Source: Auanema rhodensis
Taxonomy: Eukaryota > Animalia > Nematoda
Assembly (NCBI GenBank): GCA_964057225.1
Contig: CAXKVF010000079.1
Location: forward strand, 124,001-188,000
Direction: 5' to 3'
Length of the DNA stretch: 64,000 nucleotides
Below are positions 1-14,100 of the stretch, piece after piece. Numbering within the stretch: position 1 is the stretch's first letter; the number at the start of each line of letters is the position of its first letter. The position numbers and the translations under genes were made by a program. A model generated the notes under the pieces. That model was not told the DNA's origin. It was given only the letters and a program-made list of their open reading frames with translations, and searched no databases.

Positions 1-3000
1 AAATTTACGTGAACTTTAATTCATGCTAATTAAATGTACACGTGATGTGCACTTGGTATGTAACTCGCTTCACGTGAAAGATAAAGAGATGCGGTTTTCA
101 AAATTAGATTCCCCATGTCCATATTAGTCTAAAAACAAATTTTTATTGATATTGGTTCATGGTAACCATGACTTTGAAATTTACGTGAACTTTAATTTAT
201 GCTAATTAAATGTACACGTGATGTGCACTTGGTATGTAACTCGCTTCACGTGAAAGATAAAGAGATGCGGTTTTCAAAATTAGATTCCCCATGTCCATAT
301 TAGTCTAAAAACAAATTTTTATTGATATTGGTTCATGGTAACCATGACTTTGAAATTTACGTGAACTTTAATTTATGCTAATTAAATATACACGTGATGT
401 GCACTTGGTATGTAACTCGCTTCACGTGAAAGATAAAGAGATGCGGTTTACAAAATTAGATTCCCCATGTCCATATTAGTCTAAAAACAAATTTTTATTG
501 ATATTGGTGCATGGTAACCTTGACTTTGAAATTTACGTGAACTTTAATTCATGCTAATTAAATGTACACGTGATGTGCACTTGGTATGTAACTCGCTTCA
601 CGTGAAAGATAAAGAGATGCGGTTTTCAAAATTAGATTCCCCATGTCCATATTAGTCTAAAAACAAATTTTTATTGATATTGGTTCATGGTAACCATGAC
701 TTTGAAATTTACGTGAACTTTAATTTATGCTAATTAAATGTACACGTGATGTGCACTTGGTATGTAACTCGCTTCACGTGAAAGATAAAGAGATGCGGTT
801 TTCAAAATTAGATTCCCCATGTCCATATTAGTCTAAAAACAAATTTTTATTGATATTGGTGCATGGTAACCATGACTTTGAAATTTACGTGAACTTTAAT
901 TCATGCTAATTAAATGTACACGTGATGTGCACTTGGTATGTAACTCGCTTCACGTAAAAGATAAAGAGATGCGGTTTTCAAAATTAGATTCCCCATGTCC
1001 ATATTAGTCTAAAAACAAATTTTTATTGATATTGGTGCATGGTAACCATGACTTTGAAATTTACGTGAACTTTAATTCATGCTAATTAAATGTACACGTG
1101 ATGTGCACTTGGTATGTAACTCGCTTCACGTGAAAGATAAAGAGTTGCGGTTTTCAAAATTATATTCCCCATGTCCATATTAGTCTAAAAACAAATTTTT
1201 ATTGATATTGGTTCATGGTAACCATATCTTTGAAATTTACGTGAACTTTAATTTATGCTAATTAAATGTACACGTGATGTGCACTTGGTATGTAACTCGC
1301 TTCATGTGAAAGATAAAGAGATGCGGTTTTCAAAATTAGATTCCCCATGTCCATATTAGTCTAAAAACAAATTTTTATTGATATTGGTGCATGGTAACCA
1401 TGACTTTGAAATTTACGTGAACTTTAATTTATGCTAATTAAATGTACACGTGATGTGCACTTGGTATGTAACTCGCTTCACGTGAAAGATAAAGAGATGC
1501 GGTTTTCAAAATTAGATTCCCCATGTCCATATTAGTCTAAAAACAAATTTTTATTGATATTGGTTCATGGTAACCATGACTTTGAAATTTACGTGAACTT
1601 TAATTTATGTTAATTAAATGTACACGTGATGTGCACTTGGTATGTAACTCGCTTCACGTGAAAGATAAAGAGATGCGGTTTTCAAAATTAGATTCCCCAT
1701 GTCCATATTAGTCTAAAAACAAATTTTTATTGATATTGGTGCATGGTAACCATGACTTTGAAATTTACGTGAACTTTAATTCATGCTAATTAAATGTACA
1801 CGTGATGTGCACTTGGTATGTAACTCGCTTCACGTAAAAGATAAAGAGATGCGGTTTTCAAAATTAGATTCCCCATGTCCATATTAGTCTAAAAACAAAT
1901 TTTTATTGATATTGGTGCATGGTAACCATGACTTTGAAATTTACGTGAACTTTAATTCATGCTAATTAAATGTACACGTGATGTGCACTTGGTATGTAAC
2001 TCGCTTCACGTGAAAGATAAAGAGATGCGGTTTTCAAAATTATATTCCCCATGTCCATATTAGTCTAAAAACAAATTTTTATTGATATTGGTTCATGGTA
2101 ACCATGTCTTTGAAATTTACGTGAACTTTAATTTATGCTAATTAAATGTACACGTGATGTGCACTTGGTATGTAACTCGCTTCATGTGAAAGATAAAGAG
2201 ATGCGGTTTTCAAAATTAGATTCCCCATGTCCATATTAGTCTAAAAACAAATTTTTATTGATATTGGTGCATGGTAACCATGACTTTGAAATTTACGTGA
2301 ACTTTAATTTATGCTAATTAAATGTACACGTGATGTGCACTTGGTATGTAACTCGCTTCACGTGAAAGATAAAGAGATGCGGTTTTCAAAATTAGATTCC
2401 CCATGTCCATATTAGTCTAAAAACAAATTTTTATTGATATTGGTGCATGGTAACCATGACTTTGAAATTTACGTGAACTTTAATTTATGCTAATTAAATG
2501 TACACGTGATGTGCACTTGGTATGTAACTCGCTTCATGTGAAAGATAAAGAGATGCGGTTTTCAAAATTAGATTCCCCATGTCCATATTAGTCTAAAAAC
2601 AAATTTTTATTGATATTGGTGCATGGTAACCATGACTTTGAATTTTACGTGAACTTTAATTTATGCTAATTAAATGTACACGTGATGTGCACTTGGTATG
2701 TAACTCGCTTCACGTGAAAGATAAAGAGATGCGGTTTTCAAAATTAGATTCCCCATGTCCATATTAGTCTAAAAACAAATTTTTATTGATATTGGTTCAT
2801 GGTAACCATGTCTTTGAAATTTACGTGAACTTTAATTTATGCTAATTAAATGTACACGTGATGTGCACTTGGTATGTAACTCGCTTCATGTGAAAGATAA
2901 AGAGATGCGGTTTTTAAAATTAGATTCCCCATGTCCATATTAGTCTAAAAACAAATTTTTATTGATATTGGTTCATGGTAACCATGACTTTGAAATTTAC

Positions 3001-6000
3001 GTGAACTTTAATTTATGCTAATTAAATGTACACGTGATGTGCACTTGGTATGTAACTCGCTTCACGTGAAAGATAAAGAGATGCGGTTTTCAAAATTAGA
3101 TTCCCCATGTCCATATTAGTCTAAAAACAAATTTTTATTGATATTGGTGCATGGTAACCATGACTTTGAAATTTACGTGAACTTTAATTCATGCTAATTA
3201 AATGTACACGTGATGTGCACTTGGTATGTAACTCGTTTCACGTAAAAGATAAAGAGATGCGGTTTTCAAAATTAGATTCCCCATGTCCATATTAGTCTAA
3301 AAACAAATTTTTATTGATATTGGTGCATGGTAACCATGACTTTGAAATTTACGTGAACTTTAATTCATGCTAATTAAATGTACACGTGGTGTGCACTTGG
3401 TATGTAACTCGCTTCACGTGAAAGATAAAGAGATGCGGTTTTCAAAATTAGATTCCCCATGTCCATATTAGTCTAAAAACAAATTTTTATTGATATTGGT
3501 GCATGGTAACCATGACTTTGAAATTTACGTGAACTTTAATTTATGCTAATTAAATGTACACGTGATGTGCACTTGGTATGTAACTCGCTTCACGTGAAAG
3601 ATAAAGAGATGCGGTTTTCAAAATTAGATTCCTTATGTCCATATTAGTCCAAAAACAAATTTTTATTGATATTGGTTCATGGTAACCATGACTTTGAAAT
3701 TTACGTGAACTTTAATTTATGCTAATTAAATGTACACGTGATGTGCACTTGGTATGTAACTCGCTTCACGTGAAAGATAAAGAGATGCGGTTTTCAAAAT
3801 TAGATTCCCCATGTCCATATTAGTCTAAAAACAAATTTTTATTGATATTGGTTCATGGTAACCATGTCTTTGAAATTTACGTGAACTTTAATTTATGCTA
3901 ATTAAATGTACACGTGATGTGCACTTGGTATGTAACTCGCTTCACGTGAAAGATAAAGACATGAGGTTTTCAAAATTAGATTCCCCATGTCCATATTAGT
4001 CTAAAAACAAATTTTTATTGATATTGGTGCATGGTAACCATGACTTTGAAATTTACGTGAACTTTAATTTATGCTAATTAAATGTACACGTGATGTGCAC
4101 TTGGTATGTAACTCGCTTCACGTGAAAGATAAAGAGATGCGGTTTTCAAAATTAGATTCCCCATGTCCATATTAGTCTAAAAACAAATTTTTATTGATAT
4201 TGGTTCATGGTAACCATGACTTTGAAATTTACGTGAACTTTAATTTATGCTAATTAAATATACACGTGATGTGCACTTGGTATGTAACTCGCTTCACGTG
4301 AAAGATAAAGAGATGCGGTTTACAAAATTAGATTCCCCATGTCCATATTAGTCTAAAAACAAATTTTTATTGATATTGGTGCATGGTAACCTTGACTTTG
4401 AAATTTACGTGAACTTTAATTCATGCTAATTAAATGTACACGTGATGTGCACTTGGTATGTAACTCGCTTCACGTGAAAGATAAAGAGATGCGGTTTTCA
4501 AAATTAGATTCCCCATGTCCATATTAGTCTAAAAACAAATTTTTATTGATATTGGTTCATGGTAACCATGACTTTGAAATTTACGTGAACTTTAATTTAT
4601 GCTAATTAAATGTACACGTGATGTGCACTTGGTATGTAACTCGCTTCACGTGAAAGATAAAGAGATGCGGTTTTCAAAATTAGATTCCCCATGTCCATAT
4701 TAGTCTAAAAACAAATTTTTATTGATATTGGTTCATGGTAACCATGACTTTGAAATTTACGTGAACTTTAATTTATGCTAATTAAATATACACGTGATGT
4801 GCACTTGGTATGTAACTCGCTTCACGTGAAAGATAAAGAGATGCGGTTTACAAAATTAGATTCCCCATGTCCATATTAGTCTAAAAACAAATTTTTATTG
4901 ATATTGGTGCATGGTAACCTTGACTTTGAAATTTACGTGAACTTTAATTCATGCTAATTAAATGTACACGTGATGTGCACTTGGTATGTAACTCGCTTCA
5001 CGTGAAAGATAAAGAGATGCGGTTTTCAAAATTAGATTCCCCATGTCCATATTAGTCTAAAAACAAATTTTTATTGATATTGGTTCATGGTAACCATGAC
5101 TTTGAAATTTACGTGAACTTTAATTTATGCTAATTAAATGTACACGTGATGTGCACTTGGTATGTAACTCGCTTCACGTGAAAGATAAAGAGATGCGGTT
5201 TTCAAAATTAGATTCCCCATGTCCATATTAGTCTAAAAACAAATTTTTATTGATATTGGTGCATGGTAACCATGACTTTGAAATTTACGTGAACTTTAAT
5301 TCATGCTAATTAAATGTACACGTGATGTGCACTTGGTATGTAACTCGCTTCACGTAAAAGATAAAGAGATGCGGTTTTCAAAATTAGATTCCCCATGTCC
5401 ATATTAGTCTAAAAACAAATTTTTATCGATATTGGTGCATGGTAACCATGACTTTGAAATTTACGTGAACTTTAATTCATGCTAATTAAATGTACACGTG
5501 ATGTGCACTTGGTATGTAACTCGCTTCACGTGAAAGATAAAGAGTTGCGGTTTTCAAAATTATATTCCCCATGTCGATATTAGTCTAAAAACAAATTTTT
5601 ATTGATATTGGTTCATGGTAACCATATCTTTGAAATTTACGTGAACTTTAATTTATGCTAATTAAATGTACACGTGATGTGCACTTGGTATGTAACTCGC
5701 TTCATGTGAAAGATAAAGAGATGCGGTTTTCAAAATTAGATTCCCCATGTCCATATTAGTCTAAAAACAAATTTTTATTGATATTGGTGCATGGTAACCA
5801 TGACTTTGAAATTTACGTGAACTTTAATTTATGCTAATTAAATGTACACGTGATGTGCACTTGGTATGTAACTCGCTTCACGTGAAAGATAAAGAGATGC
5901 GGTTTTCAAAATTAGATTCCCCATGTCCATATTAGTCTAAAAACAAATTTTTATTGATATTGGTTCATGGTAACCATGACTTTGAAATTTACGTGAACTT

Positions 6001-7370
6001 TAATTTATGTTAATTAAATGTACACGTGATGTGCACTTGGTATGTAACTCGCTTCACGTGAAAGATAAAGAGATGCGGTTTTCAAAATTAGATTCCCCAT
6101 GTCCATATTAGTCTAAAAACAAATTTTTATTGATATTGGTGCATGGTAACCATGACTTTGAAATTTACGTGAACTTTAATTCATGCTAATTAAATGTACA
6201 CGTGATGTGCACTTGGTATGTAACTCGCTTCACGTAAAAGATAAAGAGATGCGGTTTTCAAAATTAGATTCCCCATGTTCATATTAGTCTAAAAACAAAT
6301 TTTTATTGATATTGGTGCATGGTAACCATGACTTTGAAATTTACGTGAACTTTAATTCATGCTAATTAAATGTACACGTGATGTGCACTTGGTATGTAAC
6401 TCGCTTCACGTGAAAGATAAAGAGATGCGGTTTTCAAAATTATATTCCCCATGTCCATATTAGTCTAAAAACAAATTTTTATTGATATTGGTTCATGGTA
6501 ACCATGTCTTTGAAATTTACGTGAACTTTAATTTATGCTAATTAAATGTACACGTGATGTGCACTTGGTATGTAACTCGCTTCATGTGAAAGATAAAGAG
6601 ATGCGGTTTTCAAAATTAGATTCCCCATGTCCATATTAGTCTAAAAACAAATTTTTATTGATATTGGTGCATGGTAACCATGACTTTGAAATTTACGTGA
6701 ACTTTAATTTATGCTAATTAAATGTACACGTGATGTGCACTTGGTATGTAACTCGCTTCACGTGAAAGATAAAGAGATGCGGTTTTCAAAATTAGATTCC
6801 CCATGTCCATATTAGTCTAAAAACAAATTTTTATTGATATTGGTGCATGGTAACCATGACTTTGAAATTTACGTGAACTTTAATTTATGCTAATTAAATG
6901 TACACGTGATGTGCACTTGGTATGTAACTCGCTTCATGTGAAAGATAAAGAGATGCGGTTTTCAAAATTAGATTCCCCATGTCCATATTAGTCTAAAAAC
7001 AAATTTTTATTGATATTGGTGCATGGTAACCATGACTTTGAATTTTACGTGAACTTTAATTTATGCTAATTAAATGTACACGTGATGTGCACTTGGTATG
7101 TAACTCGCTTCACGTGAAAGATAAAGAGATGCGGTTTTCAAAATTAGATTCCCCATGTCCATATTAGTCTAAAAACAAATTTTTATTGATATTGGTTCAT
7201 GGTAACCATGTCTTTGAAATTTACGTGAACTTTAATTTATGCTAATTAAATGTACACGTGATGTGCACTTGGTATGTAACTCGCTTCATGTGAAAGATAA
7301 AGAGATGCGGTTTTTAAAATTAGATTCCCCATGTCCATATTAGTCTAAAAACAAATTTTTATTGATATTG
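1..7370. repeat. Block duplication at 25-monomer (4400-bp) offset: ~1-2970 repeated at ~4401-7370
   Basis: Rare variants are paired 4400 bp apart: TAAATATACAC 388/4788, GAGTTGCGG 1145/5545, TTATGTTAAT 1610/6010, AATTTTACG 2643/7043 and TTTTTAAAA 2915/7315. Confidence 0.88.
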
Positions 7371-8100
7371 GTGCATGGTAACCATGACTTTGAAATTTAC
7401 GTGAACTTTAATTTATGCTAATTAAATGTACACGTGATGTGCACTTGGTATGTAACTCGCTTCACGTGAAAGATAAAGAGATGCGGTTTTCAAAATTAGA
7501 TTCCCCATGTCCATATTAGTCTAAAAACAAATTTTTATTGATATTGGTGCATGGTAACCATGACTTTGAAATTTACGTGAACTTTAATTTATGCTAATTA
7601 AATGTACACGTGATGTGCACTTGGTATGTAACTCGCTTCATGTGAAAGATAAAGAGATGCGGTTTTCAAAATTAGATTCCCCATGTCCATATTAGTCTAA
7701 AAACAAATTTTTATTGATATTGGTGCATGGTAACCATGACTTTGAATTTTACGTGAACTTTAATTTATGCTAATTAAATGTACACGTGATGTGCACTTGG
7801 TATGTAACTCGCTTCACGTGAAAGATAAAGAGATGCGGTTTTCAAAATTAGATTCCCCATGTCCATATTAGTCTAAAAACAAATTTTTATTGATATTGGT
7901 TCATGGTAACCATGTCTTTGAAATTTACGTGAACTTTAATTTATGCTAATTAAATGTACACGTGATGTGCACTTGGTATGTAACTCGCTTCATGTGAAAG
8001 ATAAAGAGATGCGGTTTTTAAAATTAGATTCCCCATGTCCATATTAGTCTAAAAACAAATTTTTATTGATATTGGTGCATGGTAACCATGACTTTGAAAT
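6690..8100. repeat. 4-monomer (704-bp) tandem duplication
   Basis: A3T occurs at 7043/7747 and C99T at 7315/8019. Confidence 0.8.
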
Positions 8101-11100
8101 TTACGTGAACTTTAATTTATGCTAATTAAATGTACACGTGATGTGCACTTGGTATGTAACTCGCTTCACGTGAAAGATAAAGAGATGCGGTTTTCAAAAT
8201 TAGATTCCCCATGTCCATATTAGTCTAAAAACAAATTTTTATTGATATTGGTTCATGGTAACCATGACTTTGAAATTTACGTGAACTTTAATTTATGCTA
8301 ATTAAATGTACACGTGATGTGCACTTGGTATGTAACTCGCTTCACGTGAAAGATAAAGAGTTGCGGTTTTCAAAATTATATTCCCCATGTCCATATTAGT
8401 CTAAAAACAAATTTTTATTGATATTGGTTCATGGTAACCATATCTTTGAAATTTACGTGAACTTTAATTTATGCTAATTAAATGTACACGTGATGTGCAC
8501 TTGGTATGTAACTCGCTTCATGTGAAAGATAAAGAGATGCGGTTTTCAAAATTAGATTCCCCATGTCCATATTAGTCTAAAAACAAATTTTTATTGATAT
8601 TGGTTCATGGTAACCATGACTTTGAAATTTACGTGAACTTTAATTTATGCTAATTAAATGTACACGTGATGTGCACTTGGTATGTAACTCGCTTCACGTG
8701 AAAGATAAAGAGATGCGGTTTTCAAAATTAGATTCCCCATGTCCATATTAGTCTAAAAACAAATTTTTATTGATATTGGTTCATGGTAACCATGACTTTG
8801 AAATTTACGTGAACTTTAATTTATGCTAATTAAATGTACACGTGATGTGCACTTGGTATGTAACTCGCTTCACGTGAAAGATAAAGAGATGCGGTTTTCA
8901 AAATTAGATTCCCCATGTCCATATTAGTCTAAAAACAAATTTTTATTGATATTGGTGCATGGTAACCATGACTTTGAAATTTACGTGAACTTTAATTCAT
9001 GCTAATTAAATGTACACGTGATGTGCACTTGGTATGTAACTCGCTTCACGTAAAAGATAAAGAGATGCGGTTTTCAAAATTAGATTCCCCATGTCCATAT
9101 TAGTCTAAAAACAAATTTTTATTGATATTGGTGCATGGTAACCATGACTTTGAAATTTACGTGAACTTTAATTCATGCTAATTAAATGTACACGTGATGT
9201 GCACTTGGTATGTAACTCGCTTCACGTGAAAGATAAAGAGTTGCGGTTTTCAAAATTATATTCACCATGTCCATATTAGTCTAAAAACAAATTTTTATTG
9301 ATATTGGTTCATGGTAACCATATCTTTGAAATTTACGTGAACTTTAATTTATGCTAATTAAATGTACACGTGATGTGCACTTGGTATGTAACTCGCTTCA
9401 CGTGAAAGATAAAGAGATGCGGTTTTCAAAATTAGATTCCCCATGTCCATATTAGTCTAAAAACAAATTTTTATTGATATTGGTGCATGGTAACCATGAC
9501 TTTGAAATTTACGTGAACTTTAATTCATGCTAATTAAATGTACACGTGATGTGCACTTGGTATGTAACTCGCTTCACGTAAAAGATAAAGAGATGCGGTT
9601 TTCAAAATTAGATTCCCCATGTCCATATTAGTCTAAAAACAAATTTTTATTGATATTGGTTCATGGTAACCATGACTTTGAAATTTACGTGAACTTTAAT
9701 TTATGCTAATTAAATGTACACGTGATGTGCACTTGGTATGTAACTCGCTTCACGTGAAAGATAAAGAGATGCGGTTTTCAAAATTAGATTCCCCATGTCC
9801 ATATTAGTCTAAAAACAAATTTTTATTGATATTGGTTCATGGTAACCATGACTTTGAAATTTACGTGAACTTTAATTTATGCTAATTAAATGTACACGTG
9901 ATGTGCACTTGGTATGTAACTCGCTTCACGTGAAAGATAAAGAGATGCGGTTTTCAAAATTAGATTCCCCATGTCCATATTAGTCTAAAAACAAATTTTT
10001 ATTGATATTGGTGCATGGTAACCATGACTTTGAAATTTACGTGAACTTTAATTCATGCTAATTAAATGTACACGTGATGTGCACTTGGTATGTAACTCGC
10101 TTCACGTAAAAGATAAAGAGATGCGGTTTTCAAAATTAGATTCCCCATGTCCATATTAGTCTAAAAACAAATTTTTATTGATATTGGTGCATGGTAACCA
10201 TGACTTTGAAATTTACGTGAACTTTAATTCATGCTAATTAAATGTACACGTGATGTGCACTTGGTATGTAACTCGCTTCACGTGAAAGATAAAGAGTTGC
10301 GGTTTTCAAAATTATATTCACCATGTCCATATTAGTCTAAAAACAAATTTTTATTGATATTGGTTCATGGTAACCATATCTTTGAAATTTACGTGAACTT
10401 TAATTTATGCTAATTAAATGTACACGTGATGTGCACTTGGTATGTAACTCGCTTCACGTGAAAGATAAAGAGATGCGGTTTTCAAAATTAGATTCCCCAT
10501 GTCCATATTAGTCTAAAAACAAATTTTTATTGATATTGGTGCATGGTAACCATGACTTTGAAATTTACGTGAACTTTAATTCATGCTAATTAAATGTACA
10601 CGTGATGTGCACTTGGTATGTAACTCGCTTCACGTAAAAGATAAAGAGATGCGGTTTTCAAAATTAGATTCCCCATGTCCATATTAGTCTAAAAACAAAT
10701 TTTTATTGATATTGGTGCATGGTAACCATGACTTTGAAATTTACGTGAACTTTAATTCATGCTAATTAAATGTACACGTGATGTGCACTTGGTATGTAAC
10801 TCGCTTCACGTGAAAGATAAAGAGATGCGGTTTTCAAAATTATATTCCCCATGTCCATATTAGTCTAAAAACAAATTTTTATTGATATTGGTTCATGGTA
10901 ACCATGTCTTTGAAATTTACGTGAACTTTAATTTATGCTAATTAAATGTACACGTGATGTGCACTTGGTATGTAACTCGCTTCATGTGAAAGATAAAGAG
11001 ATGCGGTTTTCAAAATTAGATTCCCCATGTCCATATTAGTCTAAAAACAAATTTTTATTGATATTGGTGCATGGTAACCATGACTTTGAAATTTACGTGA

Positions 11101-14100
11101 ACTTTAATTTATGCTAATTAAATGTACACGTGATGTGCACTTGGTATGTAACTCGCTTCACGTGAAAGATAAAGAGATGCGGTTTTCAAAATTAGATTCC
11201 CCATGTCCATATTAGTCTAAAAACAAATTTTTATTGATATTGGTGCATGGTAACCATGACTTTGAAATTTACGTGAACTTTAATTTATGCTAATTAAATG
11301 TACACGTGATGTGCACTTGGTATGTAACTCGCTTCATGTGAAAGATAAAGAGATGCGGTTTTCAAAATTAGATTCCCCATGTCCATATTAGTCTAAAAAC
11401 AAATTTTTATTGATATTGGTGCATGGTAACCATGACTTTGAATTTTACGTGAACTTTAATTTATGCTAATTAAATGTACACGTGATGTGCACTTGGTATG
11501 TAACTCGCTTCACGTGAAAGATAAAGAGATGCGGTTTTCAAAATTAGATTCCCCATGTCCATATTAGTCTAAAAACAAATTTTTATTGATATTGGTTCAT
11601 GGTAACCATGTCTTTGAAATTTACGTGAACTTTAATTTATGCTAATTAAATGTACACGTGATGTGCACTTGGTATGTAACTCGCTTCATGTGAAAGATAA
11701 AGAGATGCGGTTTTTAAAATTAGATTCCCCATGTCCATATTAGTCTAAAAACAAATTTTTATTGATATTGGTGCATGGTAACCATGACTTTGAAATTTAC
11801 GTGAACTTTAATTTATGCTAATTAAATGTACACGTGATGTGCACTTGGTATGTAACTCGCTTCACGTGAAAGATAAAGAGATGCGGTTTTCAAAATTAGA
11901 TTCCCCATGTCCATATTAGTCTAAAAACAAATTTTTATTGATATTGGTTCATGGTAACCATGACTTTGAAATTTACGTGAACTTTAATTTATGCTAATTA
12001 AATGTACACGTGATGTGCACTTGGTATGTAACTCGCTTCACGTGAAAGATAAAGAGTTGCGGTTTTCAAAATTATATTCCCCATGTCCATATTAGTCTAA
12101 AAACAAATTTTTATTGATATTGGTGCATGGTAACCATGACTTTGAAATTTACGTGAACTTTAATTTATGCTAATTAAATGTACACGTGATGTGCACTTGG
12201 TATGTAACTCGCTTCATGTGAAAGATAAAGAGATGCGGTTTTCAAAATTATATTCCCCATGTCCATATTAGTCTAAAAACAAATTTTTATTGATATTGGT
12301 TCATGGTAACCATGTCTTTGAAATTTACGTGAACTTTAATTTATGCTAATTAAATGTACACGTGATGTGCACTTGGTATGTAACTCGCTTCACGTGAAAG
12401 ATAAAGAGATGCGGTTTTCAAAATTAGATTCCCCATGTCCATATTAGTCTAAAAACAAATTTTTATTGATATTGGTTCATGGTAACCATGACTTTGAAAT
12501 TTACGTGAACTTTAATTTATGCTAATTAAATGTACACGTGATGTGCACTTGGTATGTAACTCGCTTCACGTGAAAGATGAAGAGATGCGGTTTTCAAAAT
12601 TAGATTCCCCATGTCCATATTAGTCTAAAAACAAATTTTTATTGATATTGGTGCATGGTAACCATGACTTTGAAATTTACGTGAACTTTAATTTATGCTA
12701 ATTAAATGTACACGTGATGTGCACTTGGTATGTAACTCGCTTCACGTGAAAGATAAAGAGATGCGGTTTTCAAAATTATATTCCCCATGTCCATATTAGT
12801 CTAAAAACAAATTTTTATTGATATTGGTGCATGGTAACCATGACTTTGAATTTTACGTGAACTTTAATTTATGCTAATTAAATGTACACGTGATGTGCAC
12901 TTGGTATGTAACTCGCTTCACGTGAAAGATAAAGAGATGCGGTTTTCAAAATTAGATTCCCCATGTCCATATTAGTCTAAAAACAAATTTTTATTGATAT
13001 TGGTTCATGGTAACCATGTCTTTGAAATTTACGTGAACTTTAATTTATGCTAATTAAATGTACACGTGATGTGCACTTGGTATGTAACTCGCTTCATGTG
13101 AAAGATAAAGAGATGCGGTTTTTAAAATTAGATTCCCCATGTCCATATTAGTCTAAAAACAAATTTTTATTGATATTGGTGCATGGTAACCATGACTTTG
13201 AAATTTACGTGAACTTTAATTTATGCTAATTAAATGTACACGTGATGTGCACTTGGTATGTAACTCGCTTCACGTGAAAGATAAAGAGATGCGGTTTTCA
13301 AAATTAGATTCCCCATGTCCATATTAGTCTAAAAACAAATTTTTATTGATATTGGTTCATGGTAACCATGACTTTGAAATTTACGTGAACTTTAATTTAT
13401 GCTAATTAAATGTACACGTGATGTGCACTTGGTATGTAACTCGCTTCACGTGAAAGATAAAGAGTTGCGGTTTTCAAAATTATATTCCCCATGTCCATAT
13501 TAGTCTAAAAACAAATTTTTATTGATATTGGTTCATGGTAACCATATCTTTGAAATTTACGTGAACTTTAATTTATGCTAATTAAATGTACACGTGATGT
13601 GCACTTGGTATGTAACTCGCTTCATGTGAAAGATAAAGAGATGCGGTTTTCAAAATTAGATTCCCCATGTCCATATTAGTCTAAAAACAAATTTTTATTG
13701 ATATTGGTTCATGGTAACCATGACTTTGAAATTTACGTGAACTTTAATTTATGCTAATTAAATGTACACGTGATGTGCACTTGGTATGTAACTCGCTTCA
13801 CGTGAAAGATAAAGAGATGCGGTTTTCAAAATTAGATTCCCCATGTCCATATTAGTCTAAAAACAAATTTTTATTGATATTGGTTCATGGTAACCATGAC
13901 TTTGAAATTTACGTGAACTTTAATTTATGCTAATTAAATGTACACGTGATGTGCACTTGGTATGTAACTCGCTTCACGTGAAAGATAAAGAGATGCGGTT
14001 TTCAAAATTAGATTCCCCATGTCCATATTAGTCTAAAAACAAATTTTTATTGATATTGGTGCATGGTAACCATGACTTTGAAATTTACGTGAACTTTAAT

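Noticed and set aside
1-176. CENP-B box
   Set aside because: No TTCGNNNNANNCGGG match was seen on either strand of the consensus.
1-176. Assignment to Brassica CentBr, Arabidopsis CEN178 or primate alpha satellite
   Set aside because: Only the length is similar. The sequence does not resemble these as I recall them, and naming a family requires a database search.
1-176. Tandem RNA gene array (5S rRNA, tRNA, snRNA, spliced leader) or telomeric repeat
   Set aside because: I see no 5S or tRNA-like conserved sequence, internal promoter boxes or short telomeric units, and GC is only about 32%. An Rfam scan would be needed to exclude this fully.
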